Source: the human T2T-CHM13v2.0 reference genome, Homo sapiens
Strand: one strand, 5' to 3'
Assembly (NCBI RefSeq): GCF_009914755.1
Contig: NC_060929.1
Length of the DNA stretch: 64,000 nucleotides
The notes beneath the pieces were generated by a model. That model did no database searches. It had not been told where the DNA came from and was given only the letters and a program-made list of their open reading frames with translations. Shown here piece after piece: positions 28,765 to 42,090 of the stretch; the first letter of the stretch is position 1; each line of letters starts with the position of its first letter. Made by a program: the position numbers and the translations under genes.

Positions 28765-29040
28765 CAAGTCAAAACCGTGAGATTTCAGAATTACAGCCCT
28801 CCTCCCACCAAACATTACACCTCCCATCCCACCTCCGGAAAGCCTGAACAGCCAGCCACCCTCAAGGCGTCCCAGCCTGAAGCAGCGTCCTTGGGCCCAG
28901 AGATGACCGTCCTATTTGCCCACCGAAGTGGCTGCCACTCCGGACAGCAGACAGACCTCCGGAGAAAGTCAGCTCTTGGCAAGGCCACAACCCTGGTGTC
29001 CACTGCCTCAGGCACGCAGACCGTGTTTCCCAGCAAATGA
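28765..29040 (+). CDS. SH3RF2: SH3RF2 last coding exon, [10 protein letters not shown]...TQTVFPSK*; contains the RVxF-type PP1 docking motif KTVRF (28771-28785)
   Basis: Strong acceptor tttcctctcctttctcttgcag|; 276 nt ending in TGA at 29038-29040; C-terminus matches recalled SH3RF2 (PPP1R39). Confidence 0.96.
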   Translation, partial: QVKTVRFQNYSPPPTKHYTSHPTSGKPEQPATLKASQPEAASLGPEMTVLFAHRSGCHSGQQTDLRRKSALGKATTLVSTASGTQTVFPSK

Positions 29041-29611
29041 ACCTACGGGTGGCTTTTCCTAGACCCCAAAGAGGTGAATTGCATTTAAATACAGTCTGCC
29101 TCCACTGAGGGCATCCTGCCATTCTTTGGGGACTTGAGCATGGGTCCTTGTTCTTCCTATTTCACCTCCAGGAAAGCAAAAGTGGGAGCAGAAATTCCTG
29201 CCCTGGGTGGGAGGATAGATGGCGTGGCCTTCCAAACATACAAACATAATGATTTGATGCCACAAAGCTCACTTACTCAGACCAAGGAGTGAAAAATTGT
29301 CGTGCCCACTTTATGCCCCAGCATGGAGTATGTGGCCTCTTGTCATCTCCGTGTTACTGTGTAGAATTTCTATGGTGTCCTAAAGGGGGCTGCAGCAGGG
29401 GTGTGACAACGGTGGGATTGTTGGCGTTGCTTCTTTGACCTTACAATATCCTCAACAAGCATTAGAACAACTTCTGCCATCTTCTGGGGCCTGTACACTG
29501 GCCACTAGTAGCTGCCATATCTTTTTCCCTCTGTAAAGTCATAATCCTGGCTGCAAAGGGAGGATTTCTGCGCGGGGTGTGAGGTGGATACTTTGAACAT
29601 TCTGAGAACCC

Positions 29612-29617
29612 AATAAA
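29612..29617 (+). terminator. SH3RF2: Probable proximal poly(A) signal of SH3RF2 (3'UTR about 600 nt)
   Basis: First AATAAA after the stop codon, ahead of the downstream Alu. Confidence 0.7.
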
Positions 29618-29882
29618 ACTAGAAGGAGCCAGCTTCCTGAGTATGCTCCACTTAAGAAGGTCAGAGAGATCACTGAGTACCAAATATCAAAGGATTATCA
29701 TACTTTAAGCTTCTCGATCCATTTTCCCACATATAATCCTATGCAATAGATAAGCAGAAAGCATGTGGCTGTGGATAGGGCCATGTATGGCATTATGGAC
29801 AATTAATTCATCCTGGCTCTACAGTCTGACTTCAAGAAAACACAGCGTGCTTACAAACAATCTTATATGGGGTTAGGGTTTA

Positions 29883-30233
<351 letters not shown>

Positions 30234-30883
30234 CTAAAAAACAACTTTATATGGGGTTGGGGTTAGGATCTATATTTGGATATATATTGTTTGCATTGCA
30301 ATATTCCTGACTTTCCCTGCTTTCTTCTCACTTGGGGCAGATGAGCTATTTCACTCACAAGGCAACAACACCAGTGCGAACATGGCAGCCCGAGGCTGGG
30401 GTGGGAGTGCTTCCTAGGGGAAAGCTGCTATAAAAAGGGTAGGACAAAGAAGGCTGGAGGAGAAAACAGGGGAGAGGAGAAGGAGAAAGAGGAGGGGTTA
30501 AAGAAAATGTGGAGGAAAGAAAGTAGGCATAAGAGTAAGAGTGAAAGAGGATTGAGGGAAAGCACAGGAAGAGGCTTAAAGGAGACAAGGGGTGGGGCAA
30601 CCTTACATTCCCTGACAGGGTGAGGAAAGAAGGACAGAGCCTGCGATGAAGAATGGGGCAAAATTAGATGACCCCACTAAGATGGAACTGACGTGAGCAG
30701 GACCAGCCAGGGAGAGCCTTGTAATCAGGGTAGAGGAGGCATCCCAGGAAGCCAAGGCAATGCTGTGAGACAACCCATTAATTCTCATTAAACTTAATTG
30801 TTGTGATTTAACATTTATTGCATGCCCATCAATGTGGGCACTTTAACGCAGAAATAACATTTGCTACTAAGGCTGGGTGCCAT

Positions 30884-30927
30884 AGAAAGAAAGAAAAAGA
30901 AAGGAAGGAGGGAAGGAAGGAAGGGGG

Positions 30928-30958
<31 letters not shown>

Positions 30959-31112
30959 GAGGAGAGAGAGAGAGAAAGAAAGAGAGAGAGAGAAAGAAAA
31001 AGAAAGAAAAAGAAAGAAAGAAAGAAAGAAAGAAAGGAAGGAAGGAAGGAAGGAAGGAAGGAAGGAAGGAAAGAAAGAAAGGAAAGGAAGGAAGGAAGGA
31101 AGGAAGGAAGGA

Positions 31113-31164
<52 letters not shown>

Positions 31165-31200
31165 AAAAGAAAAAGATGCAGGGAGGGAGGGAGGAAGGGG
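30884..31200. repeat. Compound polypurine microsatellite (GAAA)n/(GGAA)n/(GA)n, about 315 bp
   Basis: Almost pyrimidine-free tract seen directly. Confidence 0.98.
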
Positions 31201-32124
31201 CATGTCTAATTAGACCTTTCCCCTAGATAGTTCTTGAAAGTCCTGGGATTCAAAACATGTATCTTTTACACACCCACTCACACACTCGGCAAACAGAATT
31301 GTCCACAGACTTTTTCCAGACCTTAATAAAACAAAACAAAACCATACTCCTCCCATAAAATACTGCCATTGTGTCAGACCTTTGGGGCTGGTAGAGCCAA
31401 CATGACAGCACGTTGTTCTAGCTATCTCAATCACGTTTGGGTCCACATCTCACAAACTTTGGGTCAATATCTGATGTTTCTGGACCCAAACAAACATGAG
31501 ATATTGACCCATTAGGTCCACAAAATCAACATGCCCAAATCCATGCCTCATTGAACTAAATATAATAATCCAGATGGAGAAATGAGATAAAGTCCCAAGG
31601 ACAGGGAGGCATTGTGTGATTTGTCAAAATATAAGTACCTATACCTCATCTTTACCCAAAAAGCACTCTCAATGAGTTTAGCAATGTTTAGCAGTCTACT
31701 CTACACTCAGAGTGGCACAGATATGGCATGACTGGCCGACCAAATATTTAGTCTATCCCTCAGTGGCAATGTATCCAGTTAATTTTTAAGTTTTGTGGCT
31801 GACAAGCAGGGTGCTTAGATGGAATGGAGATGTCCATGCCTTCCAAATGAAATGAAATATTCTTCTCCCACCATCTATTTATTATCTCTATGGGATAACC
31901 TCTCTGAGAGATGCAAACAACTCCAAGACTTGCCACCTCCACTCCCTCCAGTCTCTTCACCCATGTGCAGCATCAAACTCACCCTCTCCCAAAGAAAATC
32001 CCATCTTTGTGGAGTTTTAAGAGGGTTTGAAAGGGACAAAGGATGTTTTTTCCAAGTAAAAGTTGGCTTCACTGGCAGCTTTAACTCATTCATTCCACCA
32101 ACATGCTTTGTAAATTTATTGTTT

Positions 32125-32249
32125 TATTTTTTGTAGAGATGAAGTCTCACTGTGTTGCCCAGGCTAGCCTCAAACTCCTCGGCTTGGCCTCCTCATGCCT
32201 TGGCATCCCAAGTGCTGGGATTACAGGCGTGAGCCACCACACCCAGCCC
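32125..32249 (-). mobile_element. Alu monomer (FLAM-type)
   Basis: ttttgtagagatg...agtgctgggattacaggcgtgagccaccacacccagcc. Confidence 0.85.
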
Positions 32250-35200
32250 CAACATGTTTTTAATATTTACTGTGTGCTAGACACAGCAAGGAAGATGATA
32301 AACACATCCCCTCATGTAATTTCCACCATATCCCTATAAGGCAGGTAGATTGTCCCCATTTCAGAGCCAAGGAAACTGAAGCTTGAAAGTTAACCACAGA
32401 TGATGGCAGAGCAAGGACACAGTCTCAAACTGTCTGACTTCAGAGCCCAACTTGGGACTTGCTCCATGAACCAAAAACCCATCCTTGACTTCAGGATGCT
32501 GACTCTGGACTGCCAGGAGGCAGCAGAGTGCATTTTTGGCTGCAAATGCGAAAGAGCCTAGAACGCTCGGCTGCGCACAAACACAGTTCAGGTCTTCATT
32601 TACCACTTTCTGGCCATGGGATGTCAGGCCAGTTACTTAATCTCTCAGAGCCTCGTTTTCTTACATAGGAATAATACAGTGTAGTGCCAACCTCAATGGG
32701 CTATTATGAGGATTATCTGAGATAATGATACAAAGTGACTTAAACAGTGCTGGCATCATGAACACCTAACAAATTTTAGACTGGGATGTTTTTAAGCAAG
32801 CAGGCTGTTGAAATTTCCAGTGAAGAAATTCTAACAGAAGGGCCTGCCCAGGACTGTGGTGCTAAAAGGAGACTGACACAGACTAGTCTTGGAAGTAGAA
32901 CACAGTCTAAGCTGAGTCCTGAAGGAAAAGAGAGAGTCAGATACACAAAGTGGTGGGAAAAAGGGTATTTCAAGCAGGAAAAGATCTTCAGCATTTGGGT
33001 TTAAACGTAGCAATGGACCCAAATTCACTTAATACTTAGAGGAATTTATTCCTTTGTGGAACATTCCAGAGATCCCAGGTAGAACCCCAGCCCCTCAAGT
33101 CTGAAGGTGAAAATTCCATCCTGTGAGAGCATCACCCCTCAACTAAGGTTCAGACAGTACCTAGGAAGAGTGCCCCTTTGCCCTGTGGTCAGACTCTGGC
33201 ATCTTGGTGCTATGAAAAGTGCTAAGAGTAGGATTTGATTGGGGGAAAATGGGAGACATCTGAGAGGGGAAGGCGGGTCATGCCCAGCTGGGGACATACT
33301 CTGAGGACCACACCTGAGGAAATGGTCCCATTGAGCAGCATCAAGATCCTTACTTAGGACTTGTCTCCTTCCCTGTGTGTGTGGAACCCGCCTCACCTCC
33401 TCCACCCTTCACCCATCCCACAGACAGGGCTTTCAGAGCAGGAAGAGTTTAAAGCAGCGCCCCTACCTGTGTCTTGATGAGATGCAGAACTGACTCAAAA
33501 CATGGCTCAGTGACCTCCAGTGTGTCTTGAAAAGTCAGGGGGTCCGTCCACACCAGGCCTGCCTTCCCCGGCAGCAGCAACCCAGGCGGCTGGATCAGGG
33601 TCAAGGCGGCTTCAAATAAATGAACATTCATTCTTCAACATACTGCGCCACAGCAGCCTGCTTCACTCACCCACGTGACCTGCCCCTGAATTAGGCACAT
33701 TCCCTCCAGAGTCTGTGCAGGACCGCATCTCTCAAGTCCTCATAACCCCCTAGAAAGTCGCAGCCGAATACTTAGGGATCAGCTGATCCAGGACACTCAG
33801 GACTTAGGAGTGTAGTAAGCCTGGCCTGGGCCCTAGAGAGTCTCACTCAGTAGTTTGAAGGCGGGTTCTGGGTGTCTGTTTTTAACAATATCCCCAAGTG
33901 ATTCTGATTCACATAAAGTGTGAGGCTCCAATCCACCTTTCTCATACGGCATGGCAGAGCCAACATTCAGCCCTGACATCCAGCAGGAGTGTGGCAACAC
34001 TGGTTGGTAGAATGTTGAAAGAGGTTTGTACTGATAGGTGAACAGTGGATGCTCTGAGCTCCCCAAGGCCTGCCCACACCCCGGTCCTTCCCTCAGGTCC
34101 TCCCCATCGCTCTACCATCCAGCACCTAAAAGCTCAGGCCAGGTGCAGCTAAGACCTCCAGCAATAAAGCCCTTCTCCATTCCAATTGGCCGGTGCCTAT
34201 GCCATCCTGGTTGCTAAATATCTTAACTGTGACCCTGGAGTACAGTGTAGGACCCAGAGAGGTCACTCAAAAGCTAAGAGCTCTGCTAACAAGCCCAGCA
34301 CTCATCCCAGCCCGCTTCTGACCACTGTCCAGCCCTTGACAATCACCTTCACCTGGTCCTTGGCCTAGGAAAGGCGCTGAGTGGGAGGGAGGGCAGCTCC
34401 ATGCTGGCTGGTCTGCCTTTCTCAGCTAACATCTTCAAAGGCCTCAGCAATGCCTGTGAGCTTCCCAGCTCCTCTGCCATTGGTTTGGCAGGTACGGAAG
34501 TTATCTGTTTCCATGAGAGGAGCAAGCATCCATCCTCATCTTCTCACCCACGTCTGACCACACAGGCAGCCACATAGCTTCTGGACTCCCTTCCTGAGAA
34601 GTGAACAGCTGTGGCAGGCAGAACGGCAAAGTCCTATCAAGTCTCTCCAGCTGGGACCAAGTGCTTAGCGAGCTGGCACGGGGCAATGCCGGGCCAGCAG
34701 CTGCCGCCACTGATGCTTCTCTTGTTTATATCTTGAGAGAAAAGATTCTCTCTTTAGCTAAGAGAAGATAGTACTAGCACTTCCAGAAACCTCTCATCTG
34801 ACCATGAAAGACAGTCACTTAGGGAATGTGTTTGGCAGGCAGGACCAAACCAGAGACGTTAACTCCAAATATCCTCGTAGCAAATTGGTGTCATGGAGAA
34901 TAAATCATACAAGGACATTTTACTTGAAATAGAGCAATGTTAAATGATCGAGCAGACTGTTTTCCAGGCCTAGATTATGTCCTAGACCAAAGCAGAAACA
35001 GTGTTCCCAGGTGGCCCTATGCCCACTGATCTACACTTTGACAAATAGAAGGCAGCGAGGTGGGATCTTTTCTGGATTTGGGGCCTCCTTTCTGCTTTTC
35101 TCCCCTTTTTATTATTAAATGCTTCACACATATGAAATATATGTCTGTACACATATGTAATTATACAGGATCATAAAAATAATCATATACCTGCCACTCA

Positions 35201-35776
35201 GCTTTTTTAAAAATAGTAATTGTCAATACCACTGAAGTCCACTGTGTGCCTCTCCCAGTCCCATTTCTTTCTTCCCCTCCCCACAACCTCCCTCACAACC
35301 ACTATCCTGCATCCCACACTTATCCTTCCCGTGTAATTCTCCCACACATATACCATATGGAATTTTTAGTGCAACCCATAGAGATATTTGGTAAACACTA
35401 CTCAAAGCAGATATTGCAACCTAAGGCCGTAGATATTCTGCCTGAAGATTTGAGCTCCCATCTGGCTTCTGTGCCTGAGATTCTAAGGCTTTGATTCATT
35501 GCTGGGAACTGATTTTGATGCGCCAACATGTCTGGTTTTGAGAATTTCTGGTTTGGAGGAATTTTGTCAAGAATTTTTCCAACTACACCTGTTTTGGGAG
35601 ACCTTGTTGCTTCTGAATGGGGAAATACAGGTTGTGGCCATGCCCAAATTGCTTGAGGGCTTTTAAGTGATTTGGGGGCTTTTAAAGTAACTCTCTGGGC
35701 CTTGCCTGGGACCTCAAGGTAGCCAACCATAGAAACCAAAAGCAGCTTCTCAGAATCTGAAACTGAAATGAGATCT

Positions 35777-35801
35777 TGCTGCTGCTGCTGCTGCTGCTGC
35801 T
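35777..35801. repeat. (CTG)8 trinucleotide repeat
   Basis: Seen directly; non-coding. Confidence 0.95.
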
Positions 35802-35857
35802 ATCAATCTTTTAATAAATTATCATAAGAACCTTGTGAGGTATGCAGGGAAATGCTT

Positions 35858-36163
35858 GTTTATTTTTTGTTTGTTTTTTTGAGACAAGGTCACACTCCTG
35901 TCACCCAGTCTGGAGTGCAGTGGCACAATCTCGGCTCACTGCACCCTCAACAGCCCCGGCTCAAGTGATTCTCCCACCTCACCCCCACAAGTAGCTGGGA
36001 CTACAGGCGTGTGCCACCACACCCAGCTAATTTTTGTATTTTTTGTAGAGGTAGGGTTTTGCTATGTTACCCAGACTGGTCTCGAACTCCTGGGCTCTAC
36101 CGATCTGCCTGCCTCACCCTCCCAAAGTGCTGAGATTACAGGTGTGAGCCACCATGCCTGGCC
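35858..36163 (-). mobile_element. AluJ-type element inserted in a MIR
   Basis: Reverse Alu dimer; MIR core motifs on both sides (aaccttgtgaggta / acagatcagaaaactgagactcaga). Confidence 0.88.
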
Positions 36164-37944
36164 TGAAAAATGCTATTTTTGCCTCCAGACTACAGATCAG
36201 AAAACTGAGACTCAGAATGTTTCAATTCCTTGTTTAAGATCACAAAACTAGTTTGAGGTATAATGGAAACTGAAAAAAAAAAAAGCATCTCTGACTCCTC
36301 ATCCAGCAATAATTGCCATCATGTATCAAGCACCTACTATATGCCAAGCACTTTACATGCTACATACATTGTGTCATTTAATTCTACCCAACCCTATGAC
36401 AGAAGTACTGCTATTTTCCCATTTTGAAGATTAGAATTGAGACTCAGAGGTCAAATGACCTGTCCAAGGCAATAAGGACTAGAACCCAGGACTCTAAGCC
36501 AAAACCTTAATCCCTCTTCTCAATGGCAACTATCAACGTGGTTGAGATTGGAGAGCATGGACAAATGAGATGTGCCGCTGAGTTTGCTAGGATGGGGCTG
36601 GAGATGGAGGAGGGTTTGTCTCACAGGGTCAAGCCCTCCCAGAAAAAAACCATGAGGTTAGGTCTTGCTGTCCAACAAGTAGGGGTGGGAAGTAAGATAA
36701 CTGAGAGTCTTATGCACAGAGAAATCCAAAAAGCAAATCTACCCCTGCTCCAAAAGTTGCCAGACACAGCCAAGCCACTTGAAAAAGAACTGAAGCTTAC
36801 AATGTGGTTCTGGATCATTGACATCAAAACACAATGATCATTTTGCATTCCCCAGGTCACTCTCTCTTCATGAGATTATTTCTGGTTTTGCCTGTCCTCA
36901 CTCTAAATGATACAGAGCAGAGTCCCACAAGAAGAGGGATATGATCTCCAAAATGACCCCCACTTCCATCTCCTCTGCAGGAACAAAAGGGCTCAGAGAG
37001 CTGACATCTTCTTCCAGTGTTCCTTGCTGGTGTTTATCCGAAGTTCAAATGCAATTTCTTTTGGGGGGTAGATACACACCCACAGATGCAAACTAATTAG
37101 GCAAATGGGGTCACTGCTGGATGGACAAGAGCTGCAGCCTGATAAGGACTAAAAGGATGCCAGCCAAGGCCTAGGGAGAAAGGCAAAAGACATCTGCAGA
37201 GGCTGTTTTGTGCACTATGTGCATTTTGTGTTAATGCTCTTGGAATCAGTGCTAGCATGACCGACCGACTTAATGAGAGCCATTTTTGATGTCAGGGTTT
37301 GACTGCTATAAGTCACACATGTCCTGGAGGCTAGCACCATCCTAATGACCTTCCCATGAGAATCACAACTCCCTGACCATCCAAGAGGATTGTGTAGGCT
37401 ATTTGCATTCAGGAGACCCTCACAAATAAGTAGAAAGGAAGCTTGAATCAAAATGTACAGAGGCAGCTAAAACAGGCCTGGAGGTCCAAAAAGGAATTCA
37501 AATAAATAGTGCCTTCAAAAGGTTGTACCCAGATTCCTGCAAGCCCCACCACCACCTTCTCTCCAATTCCATAAGAGATGTCTTATGTCTCTGTCAAGGA
37601 GAGGGTAGAGGACTGCATTGCACGAAGAGGACATGTCAGTCACAGCTTAGATAGCGCTAGCCTCCATGACAAGGAACAACAGTCAAACAGTCAGAAGGGG
37701 TGATACTGTTTTGAAGGGAAGGCTAATTTTAGATATCAGAACTACATTTCTAAATATTCTGTTCTGCACATTCTATTTATAAGCTGAATTCTTTTTTAAG
37801 CGTAAGTTGTTTTTAGATGTTGGCAAGTTTTGGAGCTTAGGACTTCTTTGTTATGGGGGCCTCCAACAGAGAACTAAAAGCATCAGTCAAGGACCAGCTA
37901 TGTTCCCAGTCCACTAGAATGTCACAAGATCTGGAGAAGTAATT

Positions 37945-38210
37945 AATATAATAGCTGGGATGATGAGATTTGGAACTGGATCACCTGGATCTTTGTCACA
38001 GCTTTGCTACTAGCTATGTTTCCTTTGGCAAATAACTAAAGAAACTTGGAAAAGTGACACAACCCTAGACCTCGTTTTCTCATTTGTAAAATGAGGATCA
38101 GACTATGCACCTCCTAGTAGAGTTCTCAGCAGGATTTAGCAAGTTCAGGCATGTCCAGCTCTGAGTATGGTATTGGGTACATAGAATTGTTCAATAAGTG
38201 GTAGCTATTA
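37945..38210 (+). mobile_element. MIR
   Basis: ctcgttttctcatttgtaaaatgagga...ttgttcaataagtggtagctatta. Confidence 0.7.
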
Positions 38211-38678
38211 CCATTTATTGGATGTAGAGGCACAATTCAAAACAGAGTACAATAGCAAGCTAGGCTCTATCAGACAGAAGTGAGAGGAGAGAACAGTGAG
38301 AGTGTTTTAGTTGTTAAGAGAGCTTCGTGAAGAAGAAAGATTTTGAAAAATGAGCAGCACAGAGAAATGTGACATGAAAAGGGAAGTGCCTGGACTCTGG
38401 AGTCATATATCCCTGGGTTCAAATCCTGACCCCACTTGTCAGCTATCTGACCTTGGACCAAGTTAACAAACCTCTCTGAGCCTTTCTTTACTCATCAGAA
38501 AAGTGGGAACAATAATCAGCACTTCACACTGTGATTGGGAAAATCAAGTGACACGAGGCCAGATGTTGGTATGCAGAAAGGGACCCAGAAGTGGTAGCTG
38601 TTGGAGAAGTTTGCAGGATGACATGGGCTTGAAAGCAGGATGAGCAAGAAGAATGCTAAATATAAAAATAGAATCTCA

Positions 38679-38993
<315 letters not shown>

Positions 38994-39929
38994 TCATTAG
39001 TTGTTGACTAAATGCAGGTACCTAGTGAATCCCTTAGAGGGTTTGTAACTACAGGGTTGCTAAGAGCCCAGTAGAGTCAGATGACCTGGATCCAAATACA
39101 GGCCCCGTGTTTCCCTGCTGTGTCATCATGGGCAAGTCATTTAACTTTTCCAACCTGTAGTTCCCTCCCTTGTAAAATGCAGGTATTAATTGTGCTTTCC
39201 TCAAGTGGTTTGGTGGGGATTAAGTGAGACAATGTAAATAGTCATTAGCACAGTGCCTAGCACAAGAAAATACTTGAATGTTTGCTACCATTATCATTAT
39301 TTACATTCATTTTCTCATTTAATCTTCACAAGCCCCCCATGAGTTGTATTATTGTCCCCTTGTCCAGGGCAACCGTTAGCAAAGATGGGGCCAGCTCTGA
39401 AGGACAAGAAATCTCAGCTTCTTTGTTCTCTGACCTTTCAGATAAGCTGGTCAACGGTGCCAGGGTTGGGGCAATATGACAATTATTTTAAAATGCATTT
39501 TATGCCATAATCCTCGTCAGTCTTTTCTCATCTGGTGGTCCCCACGGCCTCACCACCTCATCTGCTGAAGGTTTCAGATTTAGGGCTGTGTGTACCCCAG
39601 AATGCAGCCAGCAAGCACATTAGTGTTGCCCCTCTGGGCACTTGCAGCTTCCCAAGGTTGACACAGTTTATGAAATGTCCATTCTGATTTGCAAATAGGT
39701 CTGACACGGACATGCTTCCAGCTGGCTGGTGATTTCGATAACAACCTCTCCTCCTTGGTGCCAATTAACAGAAATTAAATGTCCCTGGCACACTTTGTAA
39801 TTCAGAAAATGCTGATTAAACCCCCGCTGGGCGTCCATTATGACCTATGGGCTCCAGGCAAGTGCTGCTCCCACTCCATCTCCATTTAAAGTCGCAGAAT
39901 GTTTTCTTCCTGGGCAAAAATCAATGTCA

Positions 39930-40270
39930 CTTCATTCACTTACTCATTTTTTTTTCAACGGATATCAACTGAGCATCTACTATGGGCTATGTGCCAGGCG
40001 TTGTTCCGTACAGTTGGGATACAGCAGTGAACAACACAGATAAGGTTCCTACCTGCAGGAAGTGCAGTAAATGGCAAAGAAGCAGGAGAATTTCTACATG
40101 TGAGATGTTATGAAAGAAACAAAGTGATGGGACAGAGAATGGCTGAGGGGCATGAGCTATATTATGTAGGGTGGCCAGGGAAGGTTCTCCAAAGGGATGA
40201 CATTCGAGTTGAGACCCGAAGACTAAGAAGGAACCAGACACGCAGCATAGTGGGAATAGCAGGAACAAGC
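39930..40270 (-). mobile_element. L2 3' fragment
   Basis: cattcacttactcatt...ctgagcatctactatg...atacagcagtgaacaacacaga. Confidence 0.7.
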
Positions 40271-40309
40271 TCAACCTGTCCCCTGTCCATGAAACTCCCC
40301 ATGGGGTAG

Positions 40310-40583
<274 letters not shown>

Positions 40584-40866
40584 TGAATGAACAATTGGAG
40601 AATAAATGAATCCCCTTTTATCCTGACAAGAAGGCCTGTCATAGGAAGGATAAACACATGGAAGATGCCACTGGAGTTATTACAAGCGGAGAGGCAAATT
40701 ACCGCCCTTTTCTCCACCGCGTTCCCCATCTCTACAACGAGGGACTTGGCTTAGGCACCAGCATTCAGGACTGTGAGATCTTAAGAACTCACCTTTCAGA
40801 GGAACTGGCCCTGGCAGTGCTTTAAAGCAGTAACTAGGCAGCAAACAATAAGCAAACTGACATCTA

Positions 40867-40898
<32 letters not shown>

Positions 40899-41825
40899 AG
40901 CCAAAATGGTTGTTTGGAATTGTATACATGAAACATAAAATATAATTTCCTTCGCTATCATTAGGGTATAGTTATTGAATTTCTGCACCCACTTACTCAT
41001 TCAGAAAATACTTATTACTAGTTGTGAGTCTCTTCTCTTCCTCCCTTCAGCCCTCTGCCCTCTCTCTCTCTCTCTCTCTCTCTCTGTTTCTGTCTCCCCC
41101 TCACTCCCCCAACCTTTCTCTGGCACAGCATTTCAAAGCCCAGGCTATAGATTTGGAACACCTGAGTTGTACCTAAAGTGTGACTTGCTGTGTGACTTTA
41201 GGTAAGTCACTTCACCTATCTAAGTCTCAGTTTTCTCATCTATATAAAGGGAATAATAATAGAAGACATCTCACAACACCATACAAAATAAACACTAAGG
41301 TATTATTATCTTTGTTACTATCCATTATTATCCTTTGATAGACAGGAATGTAAAGTTTAAAGAACTCAACTTAGGAAAATGAGACAGGTTTTTAGGGCAT
41401 AAGAAACTCCAGTAACAAATGTGACAGCCACTGTTTAATGACCTGTTTCTACGTGTAGGATTTTCTATTCTTTGAGATAATTATGAAGCAGGATCACAAG
41501 AAATATCCTTCAGGAGGTCTTTTAATCTATAATAATAATTTTGAGCCAACAATTATAGAGCACCTGCTATGTGTCAGACACTATTCTATGTGCTTTACTT
41601 ATATCAAACATCGACTTATTTAAAATTCCCACAAACAGATAAAATAAATACTATTACTACCCCCATGTTAATCGTAGAAACTAAGGCCTAGAGAGATTAA
41701 AAAACGTCCATGGGGTCACAAGGCTAGGAACTGTGGGGTTTGGAAATAAACCCAGGCAATCTGGCTCCAGTCTGTGGCTGCTAACTGCTTTCCACCTCAG
41801 TTAAGGTTGAGTGAAAGTACAGACA

Positions 41826-42090
41826 GAGTGGTTCATGCCTATAATCCTAGCACTTTGGGAGGCCAAGGCGGGTGGATCACCTGAAGTCAGGAGTTTGAGA
41901 CCAGCCTGGCCAACATGGCAAAACCCCATCTCTACTAAAAATACAAAAATTAGCTGTGCATGGTAGTGGGCACCTGTAATCCCAGCTACCCGGGAGGCGG
42001 AGGTTGCAGTGAACCAAGGTGGCACCACTGTACTCCAGCCTTGGGCACAATGGCGAAATTCCATGTAAAAAAAAAAAAAAAAAAAAAAAA
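41826..42090 (+). mobile_element. AluS with an internal right-arm deletion
   Basis: Sequence jumps from cccagctac directly to ccgggaggcggaggttgcag; long poly(A). Confidence 0.88.

Noticed and set aside
28765-28768. Alternative AG 4 nt into the last exon (cag|CAAG)
   Set aside because: Not a NAGNAG site; AAG is weaker than the upstream CAG, its use would frameshift, and there is no evidence it is used.
30871-30880. ggctgggtgc resembling an Alu 5' end just before the purine repeat (possible deleted Alu)
   Set aside because: Only 10 bp and no TSD, so it cannot be told from chance.
30818-31226. Three ORFs of 121-131 aa (K/E/R-rich or F/L/S-rich)
   Set aside because: They are translations of the polypurine microsatellite, which lacks stop codons by composition.
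35398-35739. 113-aa minus-strand ORF considered as a processed pseudogene
   Set aside because: No parent protein recognised, and no poly(A) tail or TSD.
35777-35801. (CTG)8 as an expansion-type locus
   Set aside because: Short, non-coding and within the common background range.
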